A stretch of DNA of 64,000 nucleotides from Marine Group I thaumarchaeote SCGC AAA799-D11 (GTDB lineage Archaea; Thermoproteota; Nitrososphaeria; Nitrososphaerales; Nitrosopumilaceae), in contig JOSY01000006.1 in the NCBI GenBank assembly GCA_000746765.1, positions 21,603 to 85,602 of the forward strand, read 5' to 3'. The notes below the pieces were generated by a model. It did not search any database. It had not been told where the DNA came from and saw only the letters and a program-made list of their open reading frames with translations. The position numbers and the translations under genes are program-made. Positions 59,214 through 64,000 of this stretch are shown in pieces. Position 1 is the stretch's first letter. Each line of letters starts with the position of its first letter.

Positions 59214-60352
59214 CAATGACTGATATAATGCCACCAGGATTAGCACTGAAAAAAGTAGATGAGAGAATAATGACTCTTAATGTTGGACCACAACATCCGG
59301 GTTCTGGTCACATGAGAATTGTTGTTCAAATTGATGGTGACTATATTGTTGCATGTGATCCTGATCCAGGATATGTACACCGTGGAGAAGAAAAGATGGC
59401 AGAATATAGAAACTATATCACAAATGTTCCTCACTTGGAAAGACCGGTAATTCATGATTCTTGTAACGTTCTTTATCCATACGTTTTAGGTGCTGAAGAA
59501 ATTCTTGGAATTGAAGTTCCAGAACGTGCAAAGTATGTTAGAGTGATTTGTTCAGAATTAAACCGTTGTATTTACACAATGTATTGGCTTGCAATTTACG
59601 GAATTTTCTTAGGCCACTCTACAATGTTTATGTGGCCTGCAGGTGACAGAGAACTCTTAATTGATCTTATGGAAAAAGTATCTGGTGCTAGAGTAACACA
59701 TGCACACTTTATTCCAGGTGGAGTGCGAAATGATTTGCCAGCAAACTTTGAAGATGTTTGCTTGCGTCAAGTAAATTACTTTGAGAAACGTATCAAAGAA
59801 TATGCTGCAGTGTTTTATGATAACCCTATATTGATTTCAAGAACACAAGATACTGGTATTTTATCACGTGAAAATGCAATTAGATATGGAACTACTGGTT
59901 CTGTACTTAGAGCAAGTGGTGTAGATTATGACTTGAGAGTAAAAGCACCATATGATGTCTATGATGAATTAGATGTTCATACCAATGTTATGAAAGAAGG
60001 AGATTCCTATGCTCGTTCTAAAGTACCATGGCTTGACATGATTGAGAGTTGTAATATTATTAGACAAGCATTACAGAAAATGCCAAAGTCTGGTTCTGTT
60101 AGAACCAAACTAAAACCAAATCCAAAGACAAAAGGCCCTGCTACTGTATACAAACGTGTAGAATCTGGTAGGGGTTCTCTTGGTTGTTACATTGTATCTG
60201 ATGGTAAAACTGAACCTTATAGAGTAAAGATGAGTGTTCCCTCATTTAGAAACCTGCTTGCAATGCCTAATCTTTTGATTGGTGAAAAACTTGGAAATAT
60301 GCCATCAGTATATTGGAGTCTTAATTATTGGCCAGTGGAGGCAGATAGATAA
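59210..60352 (+). CDS. nuoD: NADH-quinone oxidoreductase subunit D
   Basis: NVGPQHP, GYVHRGEEK, E..RG, E.DR C-terminus. Confidence 0.95.
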   Translation: MTMTDIMPPGLALKKVDERIMTLNVGPQHPGSGHMRIVVQIDGDYIVACDPDPGYVHRGEEKMAEYRNYITNVPHLERPVIHDSCNVLYPYVLGAEEILGIEVPERAKYVRVICSELNRCIYTMYWLAIYGIFLGHSTMFMWPAGDRELLIDLMEKVSGARVTHAHFIPGGVRNDLPANFEDVCLRQVNYFEKRIKEYAAVFYDNPILISRTQDTGILSRENAIRYGTTGSVLRASGVDYDLRVKAPYDVYDELDVHTNVMKEGDSYARSKVPWLDMIESCNIIRQALQKMPKSGSVRTKLKPNPKTKGPATVYKRVESGRGSLGCYIVSDGKTEPYRVKMSVPSFRNLLAMPNLLIGEKLGNMPSVYWSLNYWPVEADR

Positions 60353-61651
60353 ATGTCCGCTATAGCACCAAAATTCAAACTAAGTGAGTTTATCAAATCT
60401 CTTCTTGATAATATCTTTTGGATAGTACTTCTTGTATCACTAATCGGAATACCTGCAATCCAAGTAATCTTATTCTACATTGAAATGCCTGTAATTAATG
60501 GTGAATTACTCACACCATTCCTTGCAATGACTTGGTTGGCTGACCCTTCACGTAGTCTTCCAATTCTAAAAGCATTCATGGCAACTGATATGTTTAGAGT
60601 AATGGCATTTCCTGGATTTGGATTTGCTGCTCTCATAGCTGCTGGAACAATTTTTGTTGAAAGAAAAATGCTTGCTAAATTACAACTAAGAGTAGGTCCT
60701 TTCTATTGTGGAAAAATTGAAGGTATTTTACAATTAATGGGTGATGGTCTAAAACTAATTTCTAAGGAAATTATTATTCCTGCAAAAGCTGACAAGCCAA
60801 TATTTTGGGCAGCTCCTGTAATCTTTGTTGCAACAGCTGCTGCATTTGTTGCATTAATTCCTGTAGCTCCTGGTTGGGTAGTTGCAGATGTAGACTTGGG
60901 ATTACTTGGTGTTTTTGCAGTAATTGGATTCTTCCCAATCATAACAATTCTTTCAGCATGGTCTGCTAACAGTAAATTCCCATTCATCGGTGGTATTAGA
61001 GCTCTATTCCAAATGGTTTCATTTGAAATTCCATTAATCTTGTCTTTGTTAGGTGTTGTAATTCTTACAGGTACTCTCAACTTGTCTGAAATTGCAGCTA
61101 GCCAATCTAGCTTCCCATGGATTATATTTTTGCCAGTTGGAGCAATTGTGTTCTTTATCACAATGCTTGCAGAATTAGAAAGAATTCCATTTGACTTACC
61201 AGAGGCAGAAAGTGAGATTGTTGCTGGTTGGCTAACTGAATTCTCTGGAATGATGTATGGTCTAGTTCAATTAGGAACTTATCTGAAACTTTATGCATTT
61301 GCTGGATTGTTTGTTGTTTTATTCTTAGGTGGATGGAATGGCCCAATGGTTGTCCCTCCATTCCCAGAAGAAATTCTTACTGATGGAATTGTTATGGGTC
61401 CTATTACTGCAAAGTTCCCAGGATTGCCACTATTTGATCAACAAATGTTAAACGGAACTCTGTGGTTTGTTCTAAAAACCGTTGGTGTGATTTTCTTTAT
61501 ACTGTTACCTAGAGGTGTGTTCCCAAGAATCAGAATTGATATGTTGTTGAGTCTTGGTTGGACTAAACTAATTGGATTGGCATTCGTTAACATCTTTATT
61601 GCACTAGGCTTGCTTTACGCTGGAGTCTTGGGACCTGGAGGATTACAATAA
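60353..61651 (+). CDS. nuoH: NADH-quinone oxidoreductase subunit H
   Basis: ERK..A..Q.R.GP, DGLKL..KE, RIPFDLPEAESE. Confidence 0.95.
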   Translation: MSAIAPKFKLSEFIKSLLDNIFWIVLLVSLIGIPAIQVILFYIEMPVINGELLTPFLAMTWLADPSRSLPILKAFMATDMFRVMAFPGFGFAALIAAGTIFVERKMLAKLQLRVGPFYCGKIEGILQLMGDGLKLISKEIIIPAKADKPIFWAAPVIFVATAAAFVALIPVAPGWVVADVDLGLLGVFAVIGFFPIITILSAWSANSKFPFIGGIRALFQMVSFEIPLILSLLGVVILTGTLNLSEIAASQSSFPWIIFLPVGAIVFFITMLAELERIPFDLPEAESEIVAGWLTEFSGMMYGLVQLGTYLKLYAFAGLFVVLFLGGWNGPMVVPPFPEEILTDGIVMGPITAKFPGLPLFDQQMLNGTLWFVLKTVGVIFFILLPRGVFPRIRIDMLLSLGWTKLIGLAFVNIFIALGLLYAGVLGPGGLQ

Positions 61652-62148
61652 TGGGAACTGCAACTGGAATTATTCGTGCATTAAATTCAGGAATAAAACA
61701 CCTCGCAATCAAACGATTTACACTTCGTTATCCTGAAGAGAAACTAAAATTTGTAGGTGATGGTTATCAATTTGATCCTTCAACTGGTGTTGGTATAGCT
61801 GGACTGAAAGGACGACATATGCTATTTCATGATCACTGTACTGGATGTCAATTGTGTTCAATTGCTTGTGAAGGTGTTGCCGAAGCAATTGCAATGGTAA
61901 AAGTTCCTGAAGAACAAAAACAAAATAAAAAATCTATCATGCCTCAAATTGATTACGGAAAATGTGTTTTCTGTGGTCTTTGTGTTGATGCATGTCCTTT
62001 CTATGCACTTTACATGACAAATGATTATGAATTATCTTCATTTACTAAAGAAGGTCTAATTTACACCCCTGCACAACTTGCAGTAAAACCATATCTTACA
62101 CAAGATAGTGAAATCCAAATTACTGATAGAGGTGCAACCCATGGCTGA
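61651..62148 (+). CDS. nuoI: NADH-quinone oxidoreductase subunit I
   Basis: YPEE, CTGCQLCSIAC, CVFCGLCVDACP. Confidence 0.95.
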   Translation: MGTATGIIRALNSGIKHLAIKRFTLRYPEEKLKFVGDGYQFDPSTGVGIAGLKGRHMLFHDHCTGCQLCSIACEGVAEAIAMVKVPEEQKQNKKSIMPQIDYGKCVFCGLCVDACPFYALYMTNDYELSSFTKEGLIYTPAQLAVKPYLTQDSEIQITDRGATHG

Positions 62149-62653
62149 TGCTGCATTCTTAGCTCTTACTGTAATTACAATTGGTTCTGCAATTGCAGCA
62201 CTTGAATTGAGATCATTGATTTATGGTTCTATTGCATTAATGGGAACCCTTGGTGGCATTGCCGGATTCTTCTTTTTGTTAGATGCTCCATTTGTTGCAC
62301 TGTTCCAACTTGCAGTTTATGTTGGCTCTATTGCTGTTCTTATCTTGTTTACAGTTATGCTGGTAAAAAGAGAACTCATATTCAAAAAAATTGAAGATAA
62401 ACGAAGAAAGTTTGCCGGAATCGGCTTGATGCTTGTTGTTATGGTTGGATTGGGTGCAATCTTTTTAGATTCTGGAATTAAAACAATTACAACTGATGAA
62501 CCACCTGTTGACTTTAGAGATATTGGTACTGACTTTGTAACCTATTACTGGCCCGCATTGATTTTGATGGGATTGATTTTAGCTGGTTCTGTTACTGGCG
62601 CACTTGTATTAGCAAAACGAGAGGATGTGGAGAATGACCAACGAACTAATTGA
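62141..62653 (+). CDS. nuoJ: NADH-quinone oxidoreductase subunit J
   Basis: A.FVA..Q..VYVG.I.VL.LF..ML. Confidence 0.92.
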   Translation: MADAAFLALTVITIGSAIAALELRSLIYGSIALMGTLGGIAGFFFLLDAPFVALFQLAVYVGSIAVLILFTVMLVKRELIFKKIEDKRRKFAGIGLMLVVMVGLGAIFLDSGIKTITTDEPPVDFRDIGTDFVTYYWPALILMGLILAGSVTGALVLAKREDVENDQRTN

Positions 62654-62939
62654 TTTTGCACTTGTATCTGTGGCCCTGTTGGGAATAGGTATCTATGGCC
62701 TTGCTGTTAAACGTAATTTCATCAGAATGCTATTTGCAGTTGAGATTATCATTAATGCTGCTAATCTTAGTTTAGTTGCATTTAGTAGATTCTTGCCCCA
62801 TAGTGGTGGCCAAACACTAGCATTATTCTCTATTGCAATTGCAGCTGCAGAAGTAGCAGTTGGATTGTCATTAATCATTGTAGCATACCGTATGTATCAA
62901 AATGTCGATATTGCAGACTTTAGGAGTTTGAAAGGATAA
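62634..62939 (+). CDS. nuoK: NADH-quinone oxidoreductase subunit K
   Basis: EIIINAA, AAAEVAVGL, LKG end. Confidence 0.94.
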   Translation: MTNELIDFALVSVALLGIGIYGLAVKRNFIRMLFAVEIIINAANLSLVAFSRFLPHSGGQTLALFSIAIAAAEVAVGLSLIIVAYRMYQNVDIADFRSLKG

Positions 62940-64000
62940 TGGAGTACGCATTATTACAGGCAGTTTTCTTGCCACTACTCTTATCTCCAATAGCCTACAT
63001 CTTGGGAAGAAAAGTAGGACCAACTCCTGCTATGTGGTTTACATTTGCAATCTTACTATATACCACAGTTCTTGTAGTAAACGCAGCATTATCTGGAACT
63101 GTGGAAGAACACTATCCATGGACAGAACAATTTGGTGAATTTGGTTTCCTACTTGATGGTTTAGCATCTCCATTTGCAATAATCATCTATGTGCTATCAA
63201 CAATTTTGGTACTTTATTCAAAACCATACATGATTCACAAATTCCACGAACAATTCGAAGAAGAACAAAAAATTAATCCTTCTTCAAGTGGACAAAGTTC
63301 TGTTGTCGAATCATCTGCTCTTTCTAATTATGTAAATGCAAAATCTGGTCTTTACTTTGCACTGTATCTTGTATTTGCAATGGGAATGCTTGGAACAGTA
63401 CTCTCAACAAATCTGATAGAATTTTACATATTCTTTGAGGTTATGTTGATTCCAGGTTTCTTCTTAGTTGCACTTTGGGGTGATGGTCCAAGAAGAAAGA
63501 TTGGTTTAATGTTCCTCTTTTGGACTCATGCTGGTGCAGTTGTTTTACTATTAGGATTCTTAATGATTGGATTAACTATTGGCAGCTTTGATTTTGCTGA
63601 TATCAAAGAATCTGAAATTCCTCAAGATATTGTAATGATTTCGGCGATTGCAATTGCAATTGGTCTTGGAGTGAAACTGGCTGTCTTTATGTTCCATGTT
63701 TGGTTGCCATATGTCCACGGTTCAGCACCTACCCCAATCAGTGCACTTTTGTCTCCTGCAATGATCGGAATTGGTGCATATGGTGTCTTTAGATTAATTG
63801 TTGAATTCTTACCATCTACATTTGCAGAATTGTCAATTTGGTTCCACATTTGGGGTCTTGTTACAATGATCTATGGTGGTGCAATGGCACTGATGCAAGA
63901 TGATCTGAAACGATTACTTGCTTATTCTAGTATCAGCCAGATGGGTTATCTGTTGTTTGGCATTGGTTCAATGTCTTCAATGGGTCTTGCAGGTGCTGAG
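62939..64000 (+). CDS. nuoM: NADH-quinone oxidoreductase subunit M (antiporter-like; runs off the window)
   Basis: Manual translation MEYALLQAVFLPLL...FYIFFEVMLIP...FHVWLPYVHGSAPTP.SALL...QDDLKRLLAYSSISQMG. Confidence 0.85.
   Translation, partial: MEYALLQAVFLPLLLSPIAYILGRKVGPTPAMWFTFAILLYTTVLVVNAALSGTVEEHYPWTEQFGEFGFLLDGLASPFAIIIYVLSTILVLYSKPYMIHKFHEQFEEEQKINPSSSGQSSVVESSALSNYVNAKSGLYFALYLVFAMGMLGTVLSTNLIEFYIFFEVMLIPGFFLVALWGDGPRRKIGLMFLFWTHAGAVVLLLGFLMIGLTIGSFDFADIKESEIPQDIVMISAIAIAIGLGVKLAVFMFHVWLPYVHGSAPTPISALLSPAMIGIGAYGVFRLIVEFLPSTFAELSIWFHIWGLVTMIYGGAMALMQDDLKRLLAYSSISQMGYLLFGIGSMSSMGLAGAE

Noticed and set aside
53514-64000. acc/pcc operon and complex I lacking nuoEFG as novelty
   Set aside because: Expected core features of ammonia-oxidising archaea (3-hydroxypropionate/4-hydroxybutyrate cycle; complex I without the NADH-input module)

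Overview
AT-rich archaeal chromosome segment. Gene content and order point to an ammonia-oxidising archaeon of the Nitrosopumilus type (inferred from protein families, not from a database search). Most of the window is core genome: purU, glmM, rpl7ae-rps28e-rpl24e-ndk-infB, hisS, eIF6, two tandem ferredoxins, rfcS / GINS-MCM-Hel308, ilvE, two FNR paralogs, alba, sdhACDB, argH, rfcL, the acetyl/propionyl-CoA carboxylase operon, nuoABCDHIJKM and five tRNAs. The main accessory feature is a ~13.3 kb integrated element (33211-46526) in the 3' end of tRNA-Lys(TTT). It is bounded by a perfect 16-bp direct repeat, with imperfect inverted repeats just inside both ends, and encodes a tyrosine integrase. 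Its cargo is a TBP, a TFB with a divergent B-reader and HTH, an Sm/Lsm protein, a stand-alone Lrp/AsnC domain, about eight Cys/His-rich microproteins (most below the ORF-track cutoff, two metallothionein-like) and an ~800-bp intergenic tract with several hairpins, including a multi-branch fold. Other oddities: a frame-breaking 99-bp tandem duplication in a surface-protein gene, a HemA homolog lacking the catalytic Cys, a dense GATC cluster between rfcS and GINS-MCM, a kink-turn over the L7Ae ribosome-binding site and two pseudogenes. Small ORFs and repeats were read by eye, so coordinates may be off by a few bases.
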